From Pyrinomonadaceae bacterium (GTDB taxonomy: Bacteria; Acidobacteriota; Blastocatellia; Pyrinomonadales; Pyrinomonadaceae): a DNA stretch of 64,000 nt. Under the pieces are notes generated by a model, which saw nothing but the letters and a program-made list of their open reading frames with translations, was not told where the DNA came from and did not search any database. This document shows positions 10,501 to 18,168 of the stretch, in pieces. The stretch spans positions 4,790 through 68,789 of the forward strand of contig JBGQJU010000012.1 in assembly GCA_041499185.1 (NCBI GenBank), written 5' to 3'. The position numbers were made by a program, and so were the translations under genes. The stretch's first letter is position 1. The number at the start of each line of letters is the position of its first letter.

Positions 10501-11271
10501 CAAAAAGAGCTGCGCGATCTGGCGGACGGAGTCTTCAACGAACACGAGCGAGTCGTGCCGCCGCTGAACAAACAGATCTGGAAGATCGATCGCGAGATTC
10601 GCAAGATCCTGCTGGATCAGGTGCTTTTGTATGAGCTGGAGATGCAAGAAAAGGCTGCTGCTCATGGAGTCTTGCCGGCGTATTTTGAGGTCGCGTTTGG
10701 CGGTATGAAATCCACGGCGAGAGATCCTCACTCGAAAGATGAACCACTCGAGCTGACTCGTTCCACCTTCGTCGGCGAAGAGACGATCAAGATCAGCGGT
10801 CAAATCGATCGCGTCGATATTGCCGGCGACAACACGCTCATCGCCTATGACTACAAACTGTCAACTGGATCCACCAAAGACGACATCAAGTCGGGCCGCA
10901 GTCTGCAGCTTCCCATTTATCTGGAAGCTTTGGAGAAATTGATACTCCCGCGTCACACGATCGCCGGTGGCGGCTACTACGTGATACGCGGCGGCAACGA
11001 CCGCCGGAATAAAGGACTTCATCGCGCGAGCGCGTTGGATTACTCCGGAATCAGTGCTCGAGCGGGCGCCGTCATTGCCGATGACGAGTGGCAGCAGATT
11101 CGCGACGAAGTGATCGCGAAGATCTGGGATTTTCTAGATCACATGCGCGCCGGGCAGTTCGTGGTAAATCCTTCCGAGAAGGAAAAGACATGCCGGTTCT
11201 GCGATTTTGCGGCGGTGTGCCGATATGACCGGTATCGGATTGAGAGGAAGAAGCGAAGAGATGACGGTTAG
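7501..11271 (+). CDS. addB: AddB-like helicase-nuclease subunit (inactive helicase-like N-terminus, C-terminal PD-(D/E)XK nuclease with Fe-S cysteines)
   Basis: Size 1256 aa with no Walker A at the N-terminus. C-terminal nuclease motifs GNCAYRFFAQRVL, IDRVD, AYDYK, and CRFCDFAAVC (C...CxxCx5C). Lies in a locus with an AddA-like gene. Confidence 0.8.
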   Translation: MVPPGSSHGVRVSKEIWLGPLLGNNRSRLVERCADLVSQNKANSFLYLAASHPLLEIVTQGILDGENNRGVWGELPVYLFRGLVRRILSAAIDESGQTLTPRVPIDQDELPLRRSLISQILARLMGTGKLKAIAPLAYREGCINTIATLIGEIERAAKSPAEVTAIIAARTNDLAPQTSATKRGVHTQIDFDKEVALIYSTYCELLNRHRLTEADADSLRALSVLNGELDGQKVQISALADVQLLVLDGFFDFTPVQGEILRRLVPRIPKVIVNLNHDERNPEIFLPFQETIEHISSVAPFEKKWSGYKNIALTRGALSGLRENLFNPSLSTEQQPEDPGSGEAVEIRYFESGDRDTEIHAVAKEIKRLVLREGYSLADVALVVRQRASYADTIARVMREESLPCNLESRIVANDIPANRAALKLFAILEQLSRDEITTPKVSALADLIKSEYFRLSEEDLSSLLSKFNAEHSGLLRESDQTPDAKREAQLKNRYRIGVWDADSLENTFAYVGSELRVSEWLNRARQLIKELPAAAATKELLNIDTTEQARDPDEADQIENAETAKVESADVEKKRRPSRDIHPAAIAWASLVIQSFAERIQAISREGKPADLRLALMKLLDHFCFREQIAKPIRSAVQDRELPLAMLNFNSLESLRRAFVATIKSIEIAADIGSEPPAVAGGFNAATTTRLATFIEEVRRCLGSQSQLFGARDARGLRVLEATDVRGLRFRAVFIAGLVEGGFPLRASRDWIYPHEERERLKVYGLTLEDISPATLLKEEHYFYQAACRATERLYLSRPLLLEDDSETVASYYIDELRRAVAPLKIEAETIRRDYDAKNLEEVSTTSELDVALVRQQERHIHRGEKRELLPQPRIKRMLTLARNDGFLSDSALRRIEIERERASQSFGPYDGEITDPHLIALLNQRFGPNFVHSASGLSVYGNCAYRFFAQRVLKLEPRGEAALDLQAIDAGKLLHDILRRFFEQHRRQPLYKLDREALQKELRDLADGVFNEHERVVPPLNKQIWKIDREIRKILLDQVLLYELEMQEKAAAHGVLPAYFEVAFGGMKSTARDPHSKDEPLELTRSTFVGEETIKISGQIDRVDIAGDNTLIAYDYKLSTGSTKDDIKSGRSLQLPIYLEALEKLILPRHTIAGGGYYVIRGGNDRRNKGLHRASALDYSGISARAGAVIADDEWQQIRDEVIAKIWDFLDHMRAGQFVVNPSEKEKTCRFCDFAAVCRYDRYRIERKKRRDDG

Positions 11272-11328
11272 GTCGATAACGAGGTTAAAATTCTCAACGA
11301 TCCTTATCAGGATCATCAGGATCATTCA

Positions 11329-12705
11329 ATGCTAATTCCCGGATGGATTCTCGACGAGATTAAGGCAGACCAAGAATTGAGACCTTCCGAGGGCCGCCTC
11401 CATTTGGCTAATTTAGTAGCTTCTACGGAGCATCACGCAAAAAAAATTGTTGGCGGTACCGTCCTGAGATATAGGATGGTTAAATTGCACAATCAAGTGG
11501 TGAAGGCCTACGACTTTCCGACAAATCGAACCGCTCGGATCTCTATCAAAGTTCCCGCCATAAACCGCCTGTTTGAGCTTGTGATCGGACTTGCTCATCC
11601 GATGTCGAGAACGGAAGCGATCGTTCTGTACGCAATAGCCGCTGCACATATTGCGGCGGGCGAAAGCATAGGAGCCTCATACTACTATCTTACGTCGTCT
11701 TGGCTCCAGAGAATGGATGAAGAGATTATTGCTCTCGCCTTGAAAACTCTTGTAGATCAAGATTGGAAGGTTCCCATTGAGAGGGATGTGTTAGACGAAG
11801 CATTTCAATTTGTCGAATCACTAATGACGACGAGTTATGAGGGACGCGCGCCTGAGATAGGTGTCGCCGTAACGCGGACAAGAAGACATCAAGACGAGTT
11901 GAAAGCAATAAAGCTCCGGGACCTCCTGCTGTCAAAGAAGACCAGAGCTTTATTTGCCGGACATCGTAATCTTCTCATTTGCACACGGAATGGCGAGGTG
12001 CACCAGAGTTATATTAATCTTTCGCCTTATTCGGATGTGCCGCTAATGCCGAAGGGCCGGCCCTGGTATTTGGCTCCGTACGAGTACCAACCGATCATGG
12101 AGTTTTCGCGCAAACGCAATGCTGTTACGTTCTTGTTAACCCGCAAACGAGAGGTATTGGTTATTCTAGGGTCCCAGATTCATTTCATAAGAAGCGCCCG
12201 AGCGTGGCGCGTTCTCCCGATGGAGAGGTTCATCGGTCTGCTAAGCGAACTCTTATGGAAAAACTCGAAGAAGCGTTTGTCCCGCGATCGTTCTCGTACC
12301 TTGGCTGGATATATCGGAATTCTCTGTCTCTCTTTGCGAGAGCGTGGGAAAGGTGGTCTATTCGGCATTTACGGGAACGGAAGAAAACCCAAGGAATCAT
12401 CAATTCCAGCATCGCTAACAGAAGAGTTTTTTCAGTCTTTGCTTTGTAAGCGACCAATTGTTGAGGTGCCAGTTTCCATGATGTGCAACGCTGCTGCAGT
12501 GGACGGGGCGACTCTGTTGGCCTGGGACGGAACGCTGGAGAGATTTGGAGTTATTGTCAACACAGGGAAGTTGAAAAGTCCGAGCGAAGGAGCACGGACC
12601 CGAGCGGCTGAATTCATCTCACGCCGAGGGATCGCAGTTAAGGTGAGTGAGGATGGAGAGATTACTCTGTTTGCGGCCGGTAAGCCGTTAATGAGAGTCG
12701 ACTAG
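11329..12705 (+). CDS. hypothetical protein with a C-terminal DisA_N/diadenylate-cyclase-like domain (degenerate RHR motif)
   Basis: The C-terminal about 120 aa (GKGGLFGIYG...AAAVDGATLLAWDGTLERFGVIVN...SEGARTRAAEFISRRGIAVKVSEDGEITLFAAG) follows the DAC pattern (DGA...GTRHRAA...vSeetG.isl), with RTR in place of RHR. GC is clearly lower than in the flanking addB and addA. Confidence 0.6.
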   Translation: MLIPGWILDEIKADQELRPSEGRLHLANLVASTEHHAKKIVGGTVLRYRMVKLHNQVVKAYDFPTNRTARISIKVPAINRLFELVIGLAHPMSRTEAIVLYAIAAAHIAAGESIGASYYYLTSSWLQRMDEEIIALALKTLVDQDWKVPIERDVLDEAFQFVESLMTTSYEGRAPEIGVAVTRTRRHQDELKAIKLRDLLLSKKTRALFAGHRNLLICTRNGEVHQSYINLSPYSDVPLMPKGRPWYLAPYEYQPIMEFSRKRNAVTFLLTRKREVLVILGSQIHFIRSARAWRVLPMERFIGLLSELLWKNSKKRLSRDRSRTLAGYIGILCLSLRERGKGGLFGIYGNGRKPKESSIPASLTEEFFQSLLCKRPIVEVPVSMMCNAAAVDGATLLAWDGTLERFGVIVNTGKLKSPSEGARTRAAEFISRRGIAVKVSEDGEITLFAAGKPLMRVD

Positions 12706-12741
12706 CCAGATTACATGTGGACTCCCATGATCGTACTGTTC

Positions 12742-12950
12742 GCGGCTTTGCCGCCCGATGTGCGGTAGGTCTGTGTCTGTCTGTGACCTTCCGTCAGCTG
12801 AAGCCAAGACTTCGGGGCTACGCCCCTGAGATTCGGTAGGGCGTTCAGGATCACCATCGTCTACGGCGCCAAACATATGGGCGCAGCCCCAACAATAAAC
12901 CCTGACACCGGAAGGGCAGAGCCCTTCCGCACATCGGGCGGCAAAGCCGC
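12742..12950. repeat. 209-bp element bounded by perfect 24-bp inverted repeats (MITE- or structured-RNA-like)
   Basis: gcggctttgccgcccgatgtgcgg (12742-12765) is the exact reverse complement of ccgcacatcgggcggcaaagccgc (12927-12950). Internal hairpin ggaagggc-aga-gcccttcc at 12910-12928. Confidence 0.85.
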
Positions 12951-12954
12951 TGCC

Positions 12955-15900
12955 ATGAAACAAAAACAACTCCAACCTGAACAGGCCGCGGCAGCATACG
13001 AAATAACCAGGCACATCTCTGTAACCGCCGGCCCGGGTTCCGGCAAGACGATGGTGCTGGTCGAGCGTTACTTGCACATTCTGCGCGAGCGCAAGCTCTC
13101 GATCGATCAAATCGTCGCCATCACCTTCACCAATCGCGCGGCGAACGAAATGCGCGAGCGTCTCAGAGAGCAACTCAATGACATCCTGCAAAGGGCATCG
13201 GGAGAAGACAGAAAGCATTGGCTTGATTACAAACGCACGCTGGATGGCGCGGTAATCACGACAATTCACGGTTTCTGCGCGCGGCTGCTGCGCGAGTTTC
13301 CGGTCGAAGCGCGTGTCGATCCACAGTTTCTCTTGCTCGATGAGCACCGCGCGGCGATGCTGCTGGAAGCCGTGGTCGAGGAAGCGCTCACGGAGTTTAT
13401 CAGCTCCGGCCACGTCGAAATCTCACGGCTAACACTCGGCGTCGGACGTGGCAAGTTGGCCGCCGCGCTCGCGCAACTTTACCGCGAAGTCCGTGGACAG
13501 GGCCTTTCATTGAAAGACCTCGCGCGGAAGACCGTGCAGAGTCACTCGACCGAAGACGATCATGCGCAGGCACTCAATGAGCTATCGCGTACGATGAATG
13601 ACTTTCTGATATTGCGAAGGACAACTGCGGCGCAAAGAAACAATCAAGCAGAAGTTAGTTCCAATTGGTCCAATCTGCGTCCTTTGCTTCATACCATCCC
13701 CGAGCCCGAAGCGTTGGCTGATTACTGTCGCGCGGTCGAGAGTTTCCGCAAGTCGCGCCCGCAGGCCCGGGGCGATCTTGCGTCGCACGTAAAAGCACTA
13801 GACGAGTTGATTTGGGAAAAGGATCTGCTCGGGCGGGTTCCGCAGCTTTGCCTGGACCTGTTCGCCAAACAGTACGCGCTCGAGATTGTCAACGTGCTGA
13901 CGCGCATCGACGAACGACTGAATGACGAGAAGCAGAAACTGTCGGCGCTTGATTTCGACGATCTCGAACTGCGCGCGCTTGAACTGTTGGAACGCCCGGA
14001 AGTACTAACGCGTGCCGCTGAGCGATACAAATTCTTTCTGGTTGACGAGTTCCAGGACACGAATGGTTTGCAGCGAAGGCTGCTCGAGCGGCTCGCTTTT
14101 CAGAAAGGCCGCCGCGAAAGCGCGAACCTGTTCATTGTCGGCGATCGCAAGCAGTCGATCTACGGTTTTCGTGGTGCGGATGTCGATGTCTTCCGCGAGA
14201 TGACAAACACGTTGACGGCGGCCGGCGGTGAATCAAAACCGCTGCTGCTAAATTTTCGCAGTCAGCCGCCGCTGATCGATTTTTTCAATTACCTGTTCGA
14301 GCGATTGTTCCAGCCCAAAGAAGAGGTCACTCAGCAGGAGCGAGAAGAGCTGGGCTATGTCGAGCACGAACCGAGCGAAGCGAAACGTGAACTGCGCGAT
14401 AGCGGACCGCTGGTTGAGTTGCTGGTGACAACGGAAGCGTCGGGTGACGATGACGATCCAAAAGCGGAGCAAACCTCTCGCGAGCTTGATGCGGAACAAT
14501 TGGCGCGACGGATTATCGACCTTACGGGGAGCGCAGGCACTATCCACTCAGACAAGTTGGCAATTCCAATTGAAGGCGGGCAGGATGCCCGCGCTCCCAG
14601 GTACAGTGGTATCGCGCTCCTGTTTCGCGCGATGACCAATGTGCAACGGTACGAATCGGCTTTTCGCCGCGCAAATATTCCTTATCAAACGGTGCTTGGG
14701 CGAGGCTTCTACCAACGCGAAGAAATCACCGATCTGATCCAACTACTGCGATTTCTCGATAACAAAACCGATGAGTTGGCGCTGGCGGCGGTGCTGCGTT
14801 CACCACTGTGCGGCGCATCGGACAATGCCTTGCTGGCGCTGCGTTGCGCGCCGTGGCTGGATGAACTAGACAGCGGCGATCCGCTGCTGCACTTCACGAA
14901 CACGCGCCATCTGGTTACCGCACTGCGCCGGCATCGCGAGATAGCATTTATCAGCGATGAGGAACACGCGCTGCTCGATCGCGCGGCCGAACTAATCAAC
15001 GATCTGGTGGTGCGTCGACATCATTACGCCCTCGGCGATCTGTTGCGGTTCGCAGTCGAACATTCAGAATACTTGACTGTGATTGCCGCCACCTTCGACG
15101 GCGCGCAGCGGCTGGCGAATGTGCAACGGCTGTTCACGCTCGCCGAGCGCTTCGAACGCTCAGGCACTCATCTAATTCGCGACTTTGTGCGCTACGTTGA
15201 GGAATTCGAGGCGATCGGCAGCCGCGAAAGTGAAGGGCAGATCGATGAAGCCACGAACGCCGTGCGCTTAATGACCATTCATCAGGCCAAGGGTCTCGAA
15301 TTTCCTGTAGTCATCATTCCCGAGCTGCAGCGATACTCTAAGGTGATGGATAACTGGTTCCTCTCGGATCGTCATCGCGGTCTGACTCTGAAGGTGCCAG
15401 ACGGACGCGGCAAGTTAGTTGCCGGCTGTACCTTTAACCGCTTCGAACAACGCCACGCCTGGCGCGAGCAGTTTGAAAGCATGCGGCTGCTTTATGTCGC
15501 GGCGACCCGCGCGCAGGATCGATTGATACTCTCGGGCACAACCAAGGAACTCGAAGGTCTCACCGGCAAGAGCGATACCTGGCTGAAGTGGATCTGGCAA
15601 TCGCTCGGTCTGGAAGCTCAAACGCAGAGCGGCGTCATCGATCTAACTGACGATGTCCAGATTCAGCTTTCACTGAACCTTGCGGACCAGCCGGAGCAAC
15701 CAATACTTGCCGAGGCAACGACGACGGAAAAGACTTGGGAAGCTGCGGATTCACTCGCTGAAGCTTTCCCGTTGTTGAAGCTGATCGAACCTGGGCGAGC
15801 TGCCGGCCTGCATCGTTTCAGCGTCACACAGTTGATCAACTATCGCCGTTGTCCGCGTCAATACTATTTCGATCGGGTGTTGCGGTTGCCATCGTCGGAA

Positions 15901-16839
15901 GAGATGGCCGTCTGGAACGATGCGGAAGCTCCCGAGCCGCCTGCCAATTTGACCGCGACGCTCAAGGGGGCAGTCATTCACCGCTTCTGCGAAATATTTT
16001 GCCCCGGTGACGATCCGGTCGTGCGTTTGCGCCAGAGTTTTCAGGATCTCATTCGACTGAGAAAGGCGCAGCTCGCGGATCGATTGCCCGACATAGATGG
16101 AGAGCAGGCCGTGACGGAGTTGCTGCCGCTGGCCGAGCATTATCTTGCGAGCGAAGTGTTTCAACGCATCAATGAAGCGCGCGCTCACTGTGCAGCCGAC
16201 TCAATCGCCTGGCCGTCAAACAATGGTGGTCTTTGGAGCGAGTTGGGATTTCGTATCCGTCGTCCGCTGGGAATCTTGACGGGTGCAATCGATAAACTTC
16301 TGGTTACGCCCTCAAGTAACGCGTGCGACGTCGAAATCATCGACTTCAAAACCAACCGCCTGCCGGGACCGCGGACGCTTCGGGGTCCCCAGCGGAGCGT
16401 CAAAGGCGCTGGAGCGATACCTGCCGTAGTTAGCACGGTGCAACAAATTGCTTTCGACTTTACCGAGCCAGCCCCACAGAAACGTGCGGAAGACGCCACG
16501 GAAATTGACGAAGCCGTACGGCGGCTGGCCTCAGATTATCAACTGCAAATGCAAGCCTACGCTCTTGCCGTTCGCGAGTTACTACCCGCGCCCGTCAACG
16601 ATCACAACCGAATCAAAGTCACACTTCACTTTCTCGATCCGAATGTCGAGTACAATCTGCCCGAAGAATTACTCGAGCCGGCCGTCTGTGCTCGCGCCAT
16701 CGATGAAGCAATGATTGAGATCGTCTCTTCACGCGAGCCGACAGACTTTCCCGTTCACCCAGCCATTCATTGCCGCACGTGCAACTTTCTTGAGTTGTGC
16801 TCCGGCGGGCGAGAATGGCTGCGCCACAACAAAACCTAG
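12955..16839 (+). CDS. addA: AddA-like UvrD/Rep-family helicase with a C-terminal PD-(D/E)XK nuclease
   Basis: Walker A AGPGSGKT, motif II FLVDEFQDT, helicase motif VI LLYVAATRAQDRL. C-terminal nuclease with CPRQYYF...IIDFK...CRTCNFLELC. The ATG at 12955 is preferred because the upstream extension covers the inverted repeat. Confidence 0.85.
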   Translation: MKQKQLQPEQAAAAYEITRHISVTAGPGSGKTMVLVERYLHILRERKLSIDQIVAITFTNRAANEMRERLREQLNDILQRASGEDRKHWLDYKRTLDGAVITTIHGFCARLLREFPVEARVDPQFLLLDEHRAAMLLEAVVEEALTEFISSGHVEISRLTLGVGRGKLAAALAQLYREVRGQGLSLKDLARKTVQSHSTEDDHAQALNELSRTMNDFLILRRTTAAQRNNQAEVSSNWSNLRPLLHTIPEPEALADYCRAVESFRKSRPQARGDLASHVKALDELIWEKDLLGRVPQLCLDLFAKQYALEIVNVLTRIDERLNDEKQKLSALDFDDLELRALELLERPEVLTRAAERYKFFLVDEFQDTNGLQRRLLERLAFQKGRRESANLFIVGDRKQSIYGFRGADVDVFREMTNTLTAAGGESKPLLLNFRSQPPLIDFFNYLFERLFQPKEEVTQQEREELGYVEHEPSEAKRELRDSGPLVELLVTTEASGDDDDPKAEQTSRELDAEQLARRIIDLTGSAGTIHSDKLAIPIEGGQDARAPRYSGIALLFRAMTNVQRYESAFRRANIPYQTVLGRGFYQREEITDLIQLLRFLDNKTDELALAAVLRSPLCGASDNALLALRCAPWLDELDSGDPLLHFTNTRHLVTALRRHREIAFISDEEHALLDRAAELINDLVVRRHHYALGDLLRFAVEHSEYLTVIAATFDGAQRLANVQRLFTLAERFERSGTHLIRDFVRYVEEFEAIGSRESEGQIDEATNAVRLMTIHQAKGLEFPVVIIPELQRYSKVMDNWFLSDRHRGLTLKVPDGRGKLVAGCTFNRFEQRHAWREQFESMRLLYVAATRAQDRLILSGTTKELEGLTGKSDTWLKWIWQSLGLEAQTQSGVIDLTDDVQIQLSLNLADQPEQPILAEATTTEKTWEAADSLAEAFPLLKLIEPGRAAGLHRFSVTQLINYRRCPRQYYFDRVLRLPSSEEMAVWNDAEAPEPPANLTATLKGAVIHRFCEIFCPGDDPVVRLRQSFQDLIRLRKAQLADRLPDIDGEQAVTELLPLAEHYLASEVFQRINEARAHCAADSIAWPSNNGGLWSELGFRIRRPLGILTGAIDKLLVTPSSNACDVEIIDFKTNRLPGPRTLRGPQRSVKGAGAIPAVVSTVQQIAFDFTEPAPQKRAEDATEIDEAVRRLASDYQLQMQAYALAVRELLPAPVNDHNRIKVTLHFLDPNVEYNLPEELLEPAVCARAIDEAMIEIVSSREPTDFPVHPAIHCRTCNFLELCSGGREWLRHNKT
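14527..14598. repeat. 72-bp REP-like hairpin element embedded in-frame in addA
   Basis: The arms gggagcgcaggca and tgcccgcgctccc are complementary at 12 of 13 positions. It shares the same termini as the intergenic element at 20332-20420 and contains the sub-hairpin gcgggca-gga-tgcccgc. Confidence 0.7.
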
Positions 16840-16918
16840 CTCTCCGAAAGGGCCGTGGGTTAGAATTGCCCGCTCTCTATTTCCGTCAACATATTTCGAG
16901 TTCGACCAGGGAGTCGCT

Positions 16919-18139
16919 ATGGTTACGATCGACGCGTTGGATGGTGGACAGTTTGAAGGGTATCTCGCCTTGCCCGCGAGCGGTTATGGCCCAGGCATCG
17001 TGGTGCTGCAGGAAATCTTTGGCGTCAACGCGTACATGCGCGGCGTGGCCGATTGGTATGCGGCGCGCGGCTTCGTCGCTCTCTGCCCTGATCTTTTCTG
17101 GCGACAGGAACGCGGCGTACAGCTAACGGATCAGACCGAGGCCGAATGGCAGAAGGCCTTTGCCCTCTATCAAGGTCTCAACGAAGCAAAAGCCGTTGAT
17201 GACTCAGCGGCGGCGATGGAGTTTTTGCGCCACCATCCGGCCTGCACCGGAAGAGTTGGCGCAGTCGGTTTCTGCCTCGGTGGCAATCTCGCTTATCTGC
17301 TTGCCGTGAGATACAAACCGGATTGTTCGGTTGGCTACTACGGCGTCAGCATCGAGAAGGCCTTAGCTGAAGCAAAGAATCTCAGTTGCCCGTTGATGCT
17401 GCACATCGCAGGCAAAGATGAATATTGTCCGCCCGAAGCACAAGCGCAGATCCATCAGGTGGTCGATCAAAATCCGCTGGCGAATATTCATGTTTATGCA
17501 GAACAAGATCACGCGTTTGGGCGGCCCGGCGGGGAACACTACAACGCGCAGGCTGCCGAGCTTGCGAATCTAAGAACGCTTGAATTCTTCGTGAGTAATC
17601 TCGCTGGCGCCGGGTTAGCAAGCGCGCAGAAGAAGCTCTCAGACACCTGGGACGAGCACGTCAAATACGAATTCGCCACGCGCGATACCGAAGACACACT
17701 CAAGACCATGGTGCCTGACGCATACGTTAATCACGTTCCCGTGCTGACCGGAGGCGTGGGCCATGATCAGTTGCGCGAGTTTTATTCGCGGCGGTTCATT
17801 CCGCAGATGCCGCCCGACACATCGATGACGCCGGTCTCGCGCACCATCGGCGTCGATCGCGTCGTCGATGAAATGGTTTTTGAATTCACGCATACGATCA
17901 AAATGGACTGGATGCTGCCCGGCGTTGCGCCAACTGGAAAACACGTGAGGGTGCCGCTAGTCGTGATTGTTCACTTTCGTGATGGCAAACTCGCGCACGA
18001 ACACATCTACTGGGACCAGGCGTCGGTGCTGGCGCAGCTTGGTTTGATTGATACCGAAAAGTTACCAATCGCAGGGGTTGAAAGTGCGGAGAAGGTTTTG
18101 GATCCGAGTCGACCTTCGAATGAATTGATGAATCGATAA
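16919..18139 (+). CDS. dienelactone hydrolase domain fused to a SnoaL/NTF2-like domain
   Basis: DLH motifs GIVVLQEIFGVN, GAVGFCLGG and AEQDHAF. The C-terminal about 160 aa is NTF2-like (HFRDGKLAHEHIYWDQASVL). The ATG at 16919 follows GGGAG; the longer ORF overlaps addA. Confidence 0.8.
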   Translation: MVTIDALDGGQFEGYLALPASGYGPGIVVLQEIFGVNAYMRGVADWYAARGFVALCPDLFWRQERGVQLTDQTEAEWQKAFALYQGLNEAKAVDDSAAAMEFLRHHPACTGRVGAVGFCLGGNLAYLLAVRYKPDCSVGYYGVSIEKALAEAKNLSCPLMLHIAGKDEYCPPEAQAQIHQVVDQNPLANIHVYAEQDHAFGRPGGEHYNAQAAELANLRTLEFFVSNLAGAGLASAQKKLSDTWDEHVKYEFATRDTEDTLKTMVPDAYVNHVPVLTGGVGHDQLREFYSRRFIPQMPPDTSMTPVSRTIGVDRVVDEMVFEFTHTIKMDWMLPGVAPTGKHVRVPLVVIVHFRDGKLAHEHIYWDQASVLAQLGLIDTEKLPIAGVESAEKVLDPSRPSNELMNR

Positions 18140-18168
18140 GCGGCGACGCTGGAAATAACATACATTAA

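Noticed and set aside
10108-10803. 231-aa minus-strand ORF
   Set aside because: It is antisense to the AddB-like nuclease region and is a shadow ORF.
12688-13413. 241-aa minus-strand ORF spanning the inverted-repeat element and the addA 5' end
   Set aside because: It overlaps the strongly supported addA helicase N-terminus (Walker A) on the opposite strand and runs through the noncoding palindromic element.
16715-16918. N-terminal 68-aa extension of the dienelactone hydrolase ORF
   Set aside because: The extension overlaps the 3' end of addA. The internal ATG at 16919 has a GGGAG ribosome-binding site and starts exactly at the conserved DLH N-terminus.
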